From Salpingoeca rosetta (lineage: Eukaryota; Protista; Choanoflagellata): a DNA stretch of 64,000 nt. The notes below the pieces were generated by a model, which did not search any database, was not told where the DNA came from, and saw only the letters and a list, made by a program, of their open reading frames with translations. This document shows, piece by piece, positions 1 to 13,148 of this stretch. A program made the translations under genes and the position numbers. The DNA lies in assembly GCA_033442325.1 (NCBI GenBank), contig JAWQFM010000001.1, positions 1,672,138 through 1,736,137 on the forward strand. The letters are read 5' to 3'. Position 1 is the first letter of the stretch, and each line of letters begins with the position of its first letter.

Positions 1-215
1 ACTGGCACGACCGAGGTGCAAACGCTTCTTAAAACACACACACACACACTCACAGAGCACAACACGCATCACACCAGTGCACGCGAAAACCCACATGGCG
101 CACACTCTCACGCGCAACACTCACTCATACACACGCACGCACCCACACAAACACACACATCCACATACTCACGCACACACACAAACACACACACATATAC
201 ACATACGCTGCATAG

Positions 216-1294
216 GTCGTCGTCGTCGGTGATGTTCAAGACACAGGCGCATGTGTTTCAAATTGACCCGCAGACGAAAAAGTCATGGCTGCCGCTCTCC
301 AAAACAGCGATACCCGTGAGCATTGTGAAGCAGGAGGACGGAACACACCGCATTCGCGCAGCGCCTGCTGATGGCGACGAGGTCATGTCCAGCACCCTTA
401 GCCAAGGCATGCTCTTCACAAAGACCGCGCCCAAGTTTGGGCAGTGGACAGACACAAAGGCCGGCACTCTCTATGGCCTCGGCTTTGGCGCAGAAACAGA
501 CACCCTGAACGTACGTGCCTTGCAGGCGCACGCGTGCATGTAGTGCTGATACTTTGTGCGCGTGTGCATATGCGCGTGTGTGTACATGCTGTATGCTGTG
601 TACATGTGCATGTGCGTGCATGTGCGTGCATTAGCTTGGATGATGGTTCATGCTCGCAGTTTGTGCGCATGTTGTGCGCATGCTGTGTGCATGCACTGTT
701 CCTCCTCAGCCGGGGTACATTGCATGCTTTTCCAAGCATGGACTACGCGCATGATAACGCATTGCTCTCCCGCTTTCACTTGCCTTTGCGCTTTGTGTTC
801 GCTACTGTGTACGCTTGCATCAGTTTGCGGACGCGTTTTCAGAGGCGTTGGCAAAACTCGACGACTCCTCAACGTCAACGACACCTGCATCGTCAGTGGA
901 CATGTGTGTTTCGATTCTTTGCTTGTGTTTTCATTTCATGCACATGTGATGCGTGCGCAGCGGTTGCTGTGTGCATGGTGTGGGTGTGCGCGTGTGTTGC
1001 CAGGTATTTTGCCTGAGTTTGGTGTCTTCAGGTTAAGTGCTTCAAGTTGCGCCCTTTCATGGGTTGGGGTGTTTGGCAGTCCCTCCAAGTATGACTTGGT
1101 TTCGACTGTCGTTCACACCGCTTGCCCTTGCCTTCCTTATATTCTTTCCATGCCGATGATCATCCTGTCCCACATGTACAGGCCACCCAAGGTTGCCCCG
1201 AAGCCAGCCACCGCAGCAAAGCCAAGACAGGAGCCCGCAAAGTGCGTGTGTACCCTGCAATGCGACAGCCCTCGCTTCACCCACACAACGCACG

Positions 1295-1353
<59 letters not shown>

Positions 1354-2357
1354 TGTGACCTCTCATCCTCGGCATTTTGTTCCTTCTTCGTTAGGGAGAA
1401 AGAGAGCGCGAAACCGAACAAGCCGTCGTCTGCGAGCACGGGTGATGCAATCGGCTCCCCCGTCGACTCACAGGAGGTGCGACACCCTGTGCTGTGATGT
1501 GCTGTGTACTTGTGAGTGTATGTGTGTACGTGTATGTGTGTATGTGTATGTGTGTGTTTGTACGTGTGTGTGTGTTAAGTGTGTGAGGTGTGCATTTTGT
1601 TCCAGATCACACCGACTGTGCCTTTTCTGTTGCTCCCACCAACCCAACCACACCAACGCACACCAACACCACGCGGCGGCCAGGTTGCAACGTTACGGTA
1701 TGAGAACGAGCGACTGCGTGCGGCGCTGGCGACAAGCAGCGCAAACGCAAAGAAGTGGGAGGAGGAGCTGCAGAACTTGCGCAACACAAACACGCGACTC
1801 AAGACCGCGCTGCAAGAAAGCGGCAAAAACGTCCTGCAGTGGAAGAAACAGGTTGGTGATGGTAGTGATGGTTGTGGTGGTGGTGGTGGTGATGGTTGTG
1901 GTGATGGTTGTGGAGGAGGAGGGTGGTTTGCAGGAATGTGCGCGATCGTTTGTGTGCGTGTGTGTGTGTATGTGTGTGTGTGTGTGCGAGTACATACCTG
2001 TGCACGTGAACGTGCCTCTGCTGCAACACACGCTGAGCTGTGCGCTTCCACCTGACCACTCAATTTTGTCATGTGTGCACAATGCGGGGATGATGTGTGG
2101 CGGCTGCCAGCTTGCAGCGTGGAAGGACGAGACAACACGACTGAAGAAGCTGTTGAAGGAGAAGGAGGAGAGCAGCAGCACCCCCGACGCCAGCAGCACA
2201 GCGAGTCAACCAGACCAGGAGGTTGTCACCAAGCTTGAGGTGCGTGCGTGCCTGCATGTAATGTGTGTTGCGTTGTGGTGGTGGTGGTGGCGGGAGGTGG
2301 ATGCGTGCTTGCGTGACTGCCACCACCACCACCACCTCCTCAATCGTCATCTTCATC

Positions 2358-2388
<31 letters not shown>

Positions 2389-2683
2389 CCACCACCACAC
2401 GCCCTTGTCCTGTTCAGGAGGAGGTAGCGGCAGCCAAGGCGGAGCTGGCCGAGGTGCGGCAGCAGCTTGAGGCGTCACAGAACGCGGAGAAGTCCGCTGT
2501 TGACCAGCAGCAAGAGGCTGAGGCAACCGTCGTGCAGCTCAAGGAGCAGATCAAGGTGATGCTGCTGCCCTCACGTGTGTTGATGGTGATAATGGGTGTG
2601 GCTCTGGGGACGGGGGGCGGCTTGCATCGTGGACGATGGGCTGTAATGTGAAGCGGCCCACCAGTTCCTCGTGCACCCGTCCT

Positions 2684-2764
<81 letters not shown>

Positions 2765-3097
2765 ATGCACAGACGCTGACGGCTGCTGCGGAGTATCAGA
2801 GCAAGTACGAGCGGCTGGCGGAGGATATGGACGCGTGGAAGACGTCGTACGCGAACAAGTTGGCTGATCTCGACGACCTTCACGTCGCACTCGGCGCCCT
2901 CTTGCAGCGGTCAGCCAACCACACCGCAGTTGGGGATGTGTGTGTGTGTGTGCGTGTCTGGAGAGTGGGAGAAGTGCTTGAAGTGGTTGTCAGATGTGGA
3001 CCGTGCGCGTGTATGCGTATGCATATGCGTGTGTGTGTGTGTTTGTATGCGCGTGGGTAACTGACATGATTTCGTTGACTGAAATTGCAGGGAGTGA
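216..3097 (+). CDS. HOMER: Homer scaffold protein (EVH1 + C-terminal coiled coil); multi-exon, 5' end possibly upstream of window
   Basis: Exon 216-510 encodes [18 protein letters not shown]...[24 protein letters not shown], the Homer class II EVH1 signature. Later exons (~823-900, 1182-1241, 1397-1476, 1684-1851, 2111-2239, 2419-2555, 2773-2909) give the Homer coiled coil ([24 protein letters not shown]...[21 protein letters not shown]). The final micro-exon ~3091-3097 is tentative. Confidence 0.93.
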
Positions 3098-3506
3098 CCA
3101 AGTGCACGGATTGGGAGGCAGCACACAGCGTGTCATGAGGTAGATGTGCCGTGTTGCTGCCTGATGTTATGTGTGTACAGATTGATCGATGCAGCCACTA
3201 GTCGATGCCCCGCTTGAGTGAGTGCGTGTGTGTGTGTGTGCTTTTGCGTGTGCATTTGTATGCGTGTGTGTGTGTGTGTGTTTGCGCGCGCGTGGGTGTG
3301 TTTTATGCCTGTTTTGTCGTTTCGAACCATTCTTTGCTTCGTGATTAAAACCTCTGTTGTCACTGGACTTGTCGTGTGGTTTCGATTAAGGCGAGCAAGC
3401 ACATCCATACACACACACGTGCAAATGGAGACGCAGAGAAGCAGTTATGCACAAATATGTACAGAAATGCACACAGACAGACAGACAGACATGTACACAG
3501 GCAGAA

Positions 3507-3543
<37 letters not shown>

Positions 3544-3606
3544 CACACACACAGACACACACACACACACATACCGAGGCGCAAGCCACGGCACAGTGTC
3601 CTTGGA

Positions 3607-4474
3607 TCAGACGTTGAGTTCTGTGCCCTCCTTTGTGCTCTTTGATCCCCAAAGCGATGCAATGAGCCCGAGACCGCGCCGCGTTGGCGTGGACGCTGCT
3701 GGTGCCGATTGCGATGAAAACGGAGAGAAAAGCGACCGTACCTTGCTGCCGCTGCCGTTGTTGTTGGCTGCGTTGTTGTTGTTGGTGTTGTTGCTTGCGG
3801 TGGCTGTGGTGCGGGCAGGCAATGATGCTCCTGGTGTTTGGTGTGAGGTGTTGACGGCCCCACGGCCATCCTTCTGCTGCTGTTGTTGGCTTGCACGCGT
3901 GCTCATGGGTGTTGATGGCAGCGATGATGATGACGAAGATGAGGACGCTGCCGCTGCTTGTGCACGGGCGATATCAAGGACGGGTTTCAGCACGCGTTCC
4001 TTCAAATGAATCTCATTTCTCAGCTGTTCCCGCTCTGCAAGTGTGCGCAGCAGCAGCCTGTTTCTCGCGGCAATCAGCTCCTTCAACACGTGCGCAGTGG
4101 ACTTGAGTTCCTGCATGGACATTCCCTGCGCTGTCTCGCGGGTGACAATCTTCACGCCAGCAATGTGCTGCGTCGATGCAGCGTACACCCGCAGAACCTG
4201 GTTCAGCTTGTCCTCCATCGCCGTGCTCGACGTCTCGCTTCGGCCGTCACTGCACACCTCGCTTCGTCCGTCGCTCTCACGCGTGTGGCGGGCAGCGCTG
4301 CTGCTGTTCATGATCACTTGTGTCATGTCCTCATCGTCGTCATCATTGTTGTCATCAATGAAATCAAGGGCACCATCACCATGTACACGGTCGCCGTCCT
4401 TGATATCTGCATGTGAGTGCAATGATCCCTGCTGCTGGGTCGTGGCCTCACTTGCCACAGCAGCAGCCGGTCGG

Positions 4475-4561
<87 letters not shown>

Positions 4562-6828
4562 ATTCTCGGCTCCAGGTCGGGTGATGTGCGTGCATTGGAT
4601 GGCAGTGCGGGGGCGCTGCTGTCAACTGCATCATCTTCAGCGCCCTTCTTCCCCAGTTCAGCCCCATCGTCGCTCGTATGCATTTCCCCAACACGCGCAA
4701 AGGCATCTGCCAGCGACATTTCTTCATCCTGGGAACCACTGTCATCATCATCATCACCATCATCATCACCGTCACTGTCACCATCATCGCCATCATCATC
4801 GTCATCATCAGCTGGCACGGACGTGATGGGCTTGCTGGCCACCTTTGTTTCCTCCATGCTCGGCAGGAGCCGCTGCAGCAGCGCCACCGTCATGCGGTTG
4901 TTCGCCTCAATGTCGCCCGTCTCCTCGCGTATCTGCGTCAGCACCAGGTCCTCAATCTCGTCCAATACAGAGCCCGTGGGCCCGGCCTGGTCTGAGCCCT
5001 CCAGCGACGACAGCAGTGTCTTCACTTCGTCCATCTCTGACGTCAGCGTGTCGATCTTTGTGTCGCGGATCATGACTGCCTCCTCCAGGTTTCGCACTTG
5101 CAACTCCTGTGCGGCGCCCTCCTCCGTTCTGTGCACCAGCTCGTCCTCCAGAGATTGGATGCGTTTTGTTGCGTTGGCAAGGTCCGCCTCCAATTTCGTC
5201 ATGGAGCTCACCGCGTCGTTTCGCTCTGTTTCCAGCTGTTTCACAGTCAGCGCGCGTAGGTCCCTGTCTGCATCAAACATCTTCAGCTCTGTCCTCAGGC
5301 TCTCGCTCTCCGTCTGCAGGCGCTTCACCTGTCCTTGCAGCTGCGCCTGTTCCCTCTTTGCGTCATCCAGTGCTTGCTGCACCTCCGCGCGCCGCTGCTT
5401 CTGCTTCGTCACCTCCGCCTCCAGCTCGGCCACCTGGCGTGCCACACACACACAGACACATAAACACAGACAGACACACACACACAGACACAGACACACA
5501 CACACAGACACAGACACACACACACACGCACAGACACAGACACACACACACACACAGACACACACACACACACACATGGAGGGCGGGTGGTGAGGTGACA
5601 CAGGCAAGAAACGAAAACAACCACACGGGCTTTGGAGCAGTGAAGACAGTCGCAAAGAAAAACAAAACGAGAAAACACACATTGAAAGGCATAGGGGAGA
5701 ACGATAGTAACATACGACCTGGATAATCGCGTGCACACCACACGCCTTCGTGATCGCATTCAACACAAGTGCTAGCGTTTCCAAACACAAAACCGAAGGG
5801 CTACCGTGCAAGTACCGTGGTATGGAGACGTGTGTTGTCGGCCTGGCACTCTGCGGCCTTCTGTTTTGAAGCAAGAGCATCATGCAGGTCGTTGTCCAGG
5901 CGTGCAAAGTCCTCCGTGAGCTGGTTGTGTGCCTCTGTCAGGCGCTCGTATTGCCGGCGCAGTGCACTCTCTTCCTCACACAGCTCAGCCGTCTGCTGCT
6001 CCGCGTATGTGCCAACCGCCTGTAGTTGGGGCGGGGGGGGGGGGTTCGGGAGTGTGTATGTGTGTGCATGTGTGTGTGTGTATGTGTGTGTGTATGTGTG
6101 TGTTTGTGAAAGAGACAACATGAATGAGAACGTGTGAAAAGGACACAGTGTGCGCACGTGCGTGCGCGTGTGTGTATGCGTGCATTCCGCGAGCCGCTCT
6201 CCACGTGAGCACGCGGTTTCAAGCAAAGAGGCACATACCTCACAAAGGCGACGAACAGCGGCCTTGTCCACGCCATACGTGACTTGAAGCTCTCTGAACA
6301 TGGATGCAAGTGGACCCCACGACTGGGGTCCATCTGCAACCATACGGTCTGAGAACGTGTCTTGCAGCGCCGCATCTATGGATCTGCCAACATCCAGCAA
6401 ATGAGCGAGCAAGTGAGTGGGTGTTTGACTGTGCGTGACAGCAGCAGCAGCAGTAGCAGTGGTAGCAGCAGTAGCAGCGGTGGAGGTGGTGGTGGTGGTG
6501 GTGCAGAGGCGGCCAGGCACGGTGCTGTGTACGAGTACCTCGCGTGTGATAACATGGGGCAGAGTGTGCAAGGTGTGGGAAGGTGCGACACGCCAGTCAA
6601 GGAAGGAGTACTCACGCATCCCATTGCTCGTCGCTGTCTTCTGAAGACGGTGTGTTGGGCTGTAAATATGCTGTCATTGCTGTACAGAAATCCGACTTGG
6701 ACACGATCCCATCCGCTGCAAGAGGTGACAGCAGTCGCAGTTCACCAGCACAAGCGTTCAAGAAGGCTGTGAGGTTGAACTGAAGGTGACCAACAATCAA
6801 CGCACACACACACACACACACGCACGCA

Positions 6829-6889
<61 letters not shown>

Positions 6890-7442
6890 GACACACACAC
6901 ACACACACNNNNNNNNNNNNNNNNNNNNNNNNNNNNNNNNNNNNNNNNNNNNNNNNNNNNNNNNNNNNNNNNNNNNNNNNNNNNNNNNNNNNNNNNNNNN
7001 NNNNNNNNNNNNNNNNNNNNNNNNNNNNNNNNNNNNNNNNNNNNNNNNNNNNNNNNNNNNNNNNNNNNNNNNNNNNNNNNNNNNNNNNNNNNNNNNNNNN
7101 NNNNNNNNNNNNNNNNNNNNNNNNNNNNNNNNNNNNNNNNNNNNNNNNNNNNNNNNNNNNNNNNNNNNNNNNNNNNNNNNNNNNNNNNNNNNNNNNNNNN
7201 NNNNNNNNNNNNNNNNNNNNNNNNNNNNNNNNNNNNNNNNNNNNNNNNNNNNNNNNNNNNNNNNNNNNNNNNNNNNNNNNNNNNNNNNNNNCGAGTTGTG
7301 TGAGCAGGCTGTGCAGGGTGACTTCATTGGAGGCGACTGCGTTTGAGCCAATGGACTCGAGCACGTTGCGTAGCTCCGTCATACCAAATCCCCCATCCTC
7401 GCCCACAAAGTGGTCGTACAACGCTTCAATTTGGTCTGCCAT
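3607..7442 (-). CDS. N-terminal EF-hand-like, long coiled-coil protein with polyQ and a C-terminal FEZ1/SCHIP1-like coiled coil (putative motor adaptor)
   Basis: ATG at 7442 ([34 protein letters not shown]-hand-like). Exons at ~6623-6779 ([13 protein letters not shown]), ~6235-6377, ~5814-6020 and a large final exon 3607-5434 with heptad coiled coil. Exon 1 runs into the N gap. Confidence 0.75.
4475..4560 (-). repeat. Pure (CAA)n tract encoding about 29 Gln
   Basis: (GTT)n on + strand, in frame as polyQ in the final exon of the coiled-coil gene. Confidence 0.9.
6909..7291. other. Assembly gap (N run)
   Basis: 383 Ns adjacent to a (CA)n tract. Confidence 1.
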
Positions 7443-7626
7443 CTTCCACGACTGGTACCACAAACCAACGGCTAACCCTATTTCCTCCTTCTTCCTCCTC
7501 CTCCTTCTTCGTCCTGCTTTGGTGTCTGAACGGCGAGCCGTGTCACGGTGCTCTCTGCGCCACTCCCAAACTTTTGCTTTGGTCCTTCGTTTGTTGCCCG
7601 CTCAGAGAGCCGAAAATGGCTTGAAA

Positions 7627-7660
<34 letters not shown>

Positions 7661-8690
7661 GCAGAGAGAGACAGACAGACAGACAGAGAGACAGACAGAC
7701 AGACAGACAGAGACAGACAGACAGAGACAGAGACAGAGTGACAGAGTGACAGAGAGACAGAGAGACATACACACAGGGAGAGAGGCGCTTTCGAACGCAG
7801 TGCTTTCTCCCTCCCTCCCTCCCTCCCTCTCTCCCTCTCTCCCTCTCTACCTCTCCCCTCCGTCTTTCGTATCGCAGAAGTCGGTGCCGCGAGAATAGTC
7901 CAGAAACAACTCACGGTGTGCACTTGTGTTTGTTTGTCTTGCCTTTGTGATTGCACGCAGTTCGGAAGCATGTCTTGTTCCATGAGACAAAGAAGAAGTA
8001 GGCAAGCCACGCCCTCCACCTTTGGTCCCTTCTAGTCCTCTGTGAGTCTTCTGCTTGTTTGAACAACGTTTGCTCAGCAAGCCTGGTGAGAGAGAAGTCG
8101 TTGTGTCTTTTTGTTTCATGCTGCCTTGTAAGTTGCTTGCAAGCTTGCTCTCCGAACCCCTCTTACTCTGTCCTCGCTCAAGCCCCCCCCCCCCTCTTTT
8201 CAGCGTTGTTGCTACCTCCCCTTGTGCATACAGCAACACAAATTACAAGAGTGAGAACAGGCATCGTTTATGAGTAAGGACGAAAATCAATCGGGGAGGG
8301 GTCAAATGAAGGGACGCAGTTGGGTGGATGAGGACAGATAAATGCCAAGAACTCCAAACACACCCACACACCCCCAACACCCCCACACACCCACCCCCCC
8401 CCCCCACACACACACACACAAGCGCAATGTCAACAACATCCGCTCAAGTGACATGATGTCCCTAACATGGACACAGCACTCAGCGACAGGACAAAACAAC
8501 ACATGCAGCGAATCCCAGGCACGGAGCGAGTCGTGTCATCATTTGAAAAGGAAACCACATCACTGATCGTATGTTTGTTAACACAAGCAAGCATTCAGAC
8601 TGAAGCAAATGGAAATCGTCACCAAGCACGTGGCACGTGTGCAGGAGTGGAATAAAGAAACGGAGACGGTGTGGACCCGCTATGCGTTGT

Positions 8691-8765
<75 letters not shown>

Positions 8766-8791
8766 GTTGTGCATGCTTGCGAGCAGCCGCG

Positions 8792-9526
8792 TCAGTACGT
8801 TGCGTACTGCTCCGGCTCATCATAGCGCGCCTCGCCGGTCTCGCGGTGGTAGAAGACGGTCCCAAACTGCTCCGAGTCGACGCGTATCCACTCTGCGCCC
8901 GGTGGCAGCGCCTCAAACCATTCCCGCGCCATCAGCACACGCATCGCCAGCCGGAAGTGCGGCCACGCAACCTCCCCATATGCCTCAAGCTCCGTCACAG
9001 CAACAACATAGTCCAGCTGGACACGCAAGTGGTTGTGTGTAGAGGGTGTGCGAGTGCGCGTGTGTGTACGTGTGAATTTGTGCATGCGAATGTGCGTGGA
9101 TGCAGAAGTACGCGCGAGTGCGCGGTTGAAATGATGCAGGTGAGTGTCAGCACGGCGTGGAGCAGTGAACTATCCTTCCTCTCTTCCGCTGTCAAACCTC
9201 AACCAACCAGCCCACCGACCAACCGGCCCACCAACCAGCCCACCGACCAACCGACCAACCGGCCCACCAACCAGCCCACCAGCACACCAGCCACTGCCCG
9301 TGGACATCTTACGTCCTCCTGAGAGAGGTTGAGGCCGAGGTCTGGGGACGAGAGCACGGCGACGAGTTCATCTGGGGCGAGCGATCCGCGCGCTGTGGTG
9401 TCGCCGGCATGAAACGCATACAGCGCCGTCAGGTCAATCTCATTCTGCGGCGGCGCGTACACCCTGGACAGCAAGGCAGTGGGGGGGGGGATGGTGGTGT
9501 GGAGGTTTGAATTTGTTTGTGTGTGT

Positions 9527-9610
<84 letters not shown>

Positions 9611-12600
9611 TTTTGCGCGTGATAACAGCAAATGTAAGCGGTTGTGAAACGCATGTCTGCACGCAACGCAACACCACGCCACGCTAACAATCCCACTCCG
9701 AGCCACCAACACACACACACACACACATGCGCAGGGGGAAACGCACTGCCTGTGGTAGTCGTCGACGTCTTGGGGCAGCTGAATATCGAGGGATGCGGAG
9801 GGTTTGTGGAAGTGGACCTCATATGGCGGGCGCGAGTACACAAGCTGCCACTCGTCACCTGTTGAAGGGTGGAGGAAGGAAGGAGTGATGGTGAAGGAAG
9901 GCGTAGAGGTCGACAGGTACAGACACGTGCACGTAGCAAGCAAGCAAGCAAGCAAAAGAGCATTCGCACAGTGGAGCATACACACACACACATGTCCGTG
10001 CACACACAACTAGCACTCCCGCCCCCAGAAACACATCGCATAAACATGGGGGCAGCGGACCTTGTGCATCGCCGTAGACGTGGGCGAGGAGATTGACAAA
10101 CAGTGGTTGCATTTCGTCGAGTGTAACGCGGCCGTTGCCAGTCGTGTCTACTGCCTCCATCATCTGCGCCTCCTGCCCAGCCGTCAGCGCAAGCCCAAGC
10201 GTCTCTGTGTACGCCGCGTGCGCAAACTCGAGCGCGTTCAGATAGCTGTTCGCATGGGCATGCGGGGCGCAATGCACAGGGTGTGAGAGGTACACGCACA
10301 CGCGCACACACGCACACATGCACACACGAAAGCAGACAGGCAAACAAAACAAACAAACAACAAACAAAACAAACAAACACACCCGTTGTTGTTGACGTCT
10401 GCTGCTGCGAAGAGATCACGCACGAGTTCATCCGCCGAAACCATGTCATCGTCACCTTTATCATTATCACCATCAGCATTCTGTGCTGTCGTGGTTGCTG
10501 ATGCCTGCTGCTTCTGTTTCTGTTGCTGTGGTGCCTGTACGTTCTGCCTAAGCTCTGCATCCTGACCCTGCGCTTTGGGTTGCTCGTCAGCGTGACCACC
10601 GTCATCATGTTTCTCCCTGTCATCGGATGTTTTCGCCGGTGCATTGGCGCTATCCTTCGCACGTGCGCCACGTTCCGCTGCGACCTTCTTCGGCTGCTCG
10701 GCCCCTTTGGTCCCCCTTTCATCACCACGGCCGGCTCCTGTTGTCCTATCGTTTCGTGGACGCGGCGAACGCGAACGCGAGCGTGCTCGCGACGATGAAG
10801 ACGGCGTGGGGGACGCTTCTCGCTCTTGCTTCTGCTGTGGCTGCTTCTCCTGGTGCTGCTGGTGGTGATGGGGTGACAAGCGCCCTGGCGATGGAGGAGC
10901 CTTGCTGTTCCTTTCAGCACCGCGGCCGTTTCCTGTCCGCGCGCTCGCATTTCTGCTGCGATGCGGAGAGTGCACGCGCGAGTGTGACCGTGACCGTGAC
11001 CGTGACCGCGACCGTGGTTGTGATGGCGATTGGCGATGGGACGCGGCAGGGGAGCGCCGATTGTTGCGCAGTTCAAGGTCAGCAAGCAGTCGTCTAAAGT
11101 GGTGATGGTGGTGATGATCATGGTGAGTTGATGGTGGTGAGTTGATGGAGGCGCGATGGTGACCGATGCACAGACAGCAGAAAATGTCCTCACATGTGCA
11201 TGCACTCATGTCTAAGCACACTTTTTGCCACACACACACACACACGCAGACACATATAAACACATACACACATGTGCATACACACACAGACACATGTGCA
11301 TACATACACATTCAAACTTATATGCACATGCACAGATGTCCGTGTGAGAGTGCAGCACAGCGAGGAATTGACGTACTCTGCATCGCGTGCGCGCTGCAAG
11401 ACGGACTCCTGCACATTCTTCAAATGCTGATCATCCACGCGTCCCAGTAGCTCTTTCGTCGCCCTCTCGTCCTCGCTTGGACCTCTAACGCCCGTCACAA
11501 ACACATCATCATCGCTGTCGCTGTCATCGCCTCCATCACCGCCATCGTCTGCATCATCCTCGCTGCCCGTCCACGCATCAGCATCACTCTCATCGGGAAT
11601 GTAGCCGCGCCACGGCTTGTTCTTCAGCGCGTTCTGTGCCACCTGTCCTGCCCGCTCTGCTGCAAGCTGCCGCTGCGTCTGATGCAAGCGACGCCGTGTT
11701 GCCGCGCTTGACGTGCGTGTGGCTGGCTTCTGTGCATATGTGCCATTGGTGGTGGTGGTGGTGGTGGTGGTGGTGGTGGTCGCGTTGTTGTTTACGGGCG
11801 GCAGGAGCGGCGGGGCGGGGCGGGCCTTGTCTGGTGGCGTGATCATCCTGCAGCGCAGCAAGCAGCAACACAACAGCGGTTGGTGGTGTGGGGCTGATGA
11901 GGAATGGGCGGAGCACACTCTTGAGTGCAAATCGTGACGCGCACAGCACACACATGTGCATGGTGGTACATGGTGCATGCATGTAGAAGCCAATGTCAGC
12001 ATCACACACACGCACACATACATACACAGAGGTGAATTCAAACACAATGGTATTGAAATGCACACACACACACACACACGCACTTGTAGTTGAGGTCGTG
12101 ACGGCCTTTGGCAAGGATGACTTCGTCCTTTGACACGAAGACGCCGTGCTGCTCGGGACACGAGAAGTACCGTTTGCCCTTCAGCACGCCGTCCGTGTCC
12201 CCAATCGGGTCGTCCAGCTACCGCCATGGAATGCATGATGTGAGGACGTGTGGGACAAAAACGGGCGCAGGTGCACTTTGCCACACGTGCACTGCAAACG
12301 CAGACAAACACACAAACACACACAAACAAGCACGCAGACAAACACAAAAACACACATACACTCTTCCTGCTGCTGATTTGCTCTCCTGTTGCCACCAAAT
12401 CTCTTACATGGACGCCGACGTGGATGTTGGGGTTGATGTATGGGGTATCAAGACGACCAACCCAGCGCACAAGACCGACACGATCGCCCGTCACCAGCAC
12501 ACGGTCCCCGACTTTGAAGGGGAGCTTTGGCAGCCGCTCCTGTGTGTGCATGTGCATGCATGTGGGTGCGTGCATGTGTGCACATGCATGAGAGTGTGCG

Positions 12601-12880
12601 TATGTGAGAGGGCTGAGGACGAACGCACTCATGGTGAAAGTTTGTACACGAAGAGGGGAACGTGCGTGCGCTACAAGCAACGAGCACGCACAGTCAACCC
12701 GCCTTCATTTCAACACACGCACGCGTCACATGTGCACACATGCACACACTTACGGCATACACATGTTCTTACCATGGAGCGCTGCTTCTTCTCGAGGCGG
12801 CGGCTGTGGCGGTGAATGGACCTGCACGTGCTGCATCTGCATGGGGACTGGGCAGTGCCATTGCTGTTGTGCACTGCCAT
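8792..12880 (-). CDS. CAP-Gly + Arg/Ser-rich linker + EF-hands + WW-like repeats protein
   Basis: CAP-Gly: FKVGDRVLVTGDRVGLVRWVG (~12408-12540) + LDDPIGDTDGVLKGKRYFSCPEQHGVFV (~12087-12218). EF-hand loops DVNNNG (~10390), DTTGNGRVTLDE (~10120-10150). WW-like segments DEWQLVYSRPPYEVHFHKP (~9800-9860) and EWIRVDSEQFGTVFYHRETGEARYDEP (8810-8895). Start codon tentative. Confidence 0.75.
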
Positions 12881-13091
12881 TGAGAAAGAAGAGGGGCCGA
12901 GGATGGGAGCGAAGTGAGCAAGACGCAGCCAGGACGCGTGAGCAGTGCGCCGCAATGCCACCAGTGCAGTGAGCACGAGCACTATGACACGCACACCATT
13001 GCACTGCCACACGGACAAAGGGAGGAACACAACAACAGACACAACACACACATACACAACAACATACACAACAACAGACACAACAACAGAC

Positions 13092-13148
<57 letters not shown>

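Noticed and set aside
4043-5593. 516-aa plus-strand ORF
   Set aside because: It is the antisense shadow of the coiled-coil exon; the poly-Cys is the reverse frame of polyQ.
7450-8790. Additional small gene between the coiled-coil and CAP-Gly genes
   Set aside because: No ORF with recognisable coding character or splice structure; consistent with UTR/promoter plus microsatellites.
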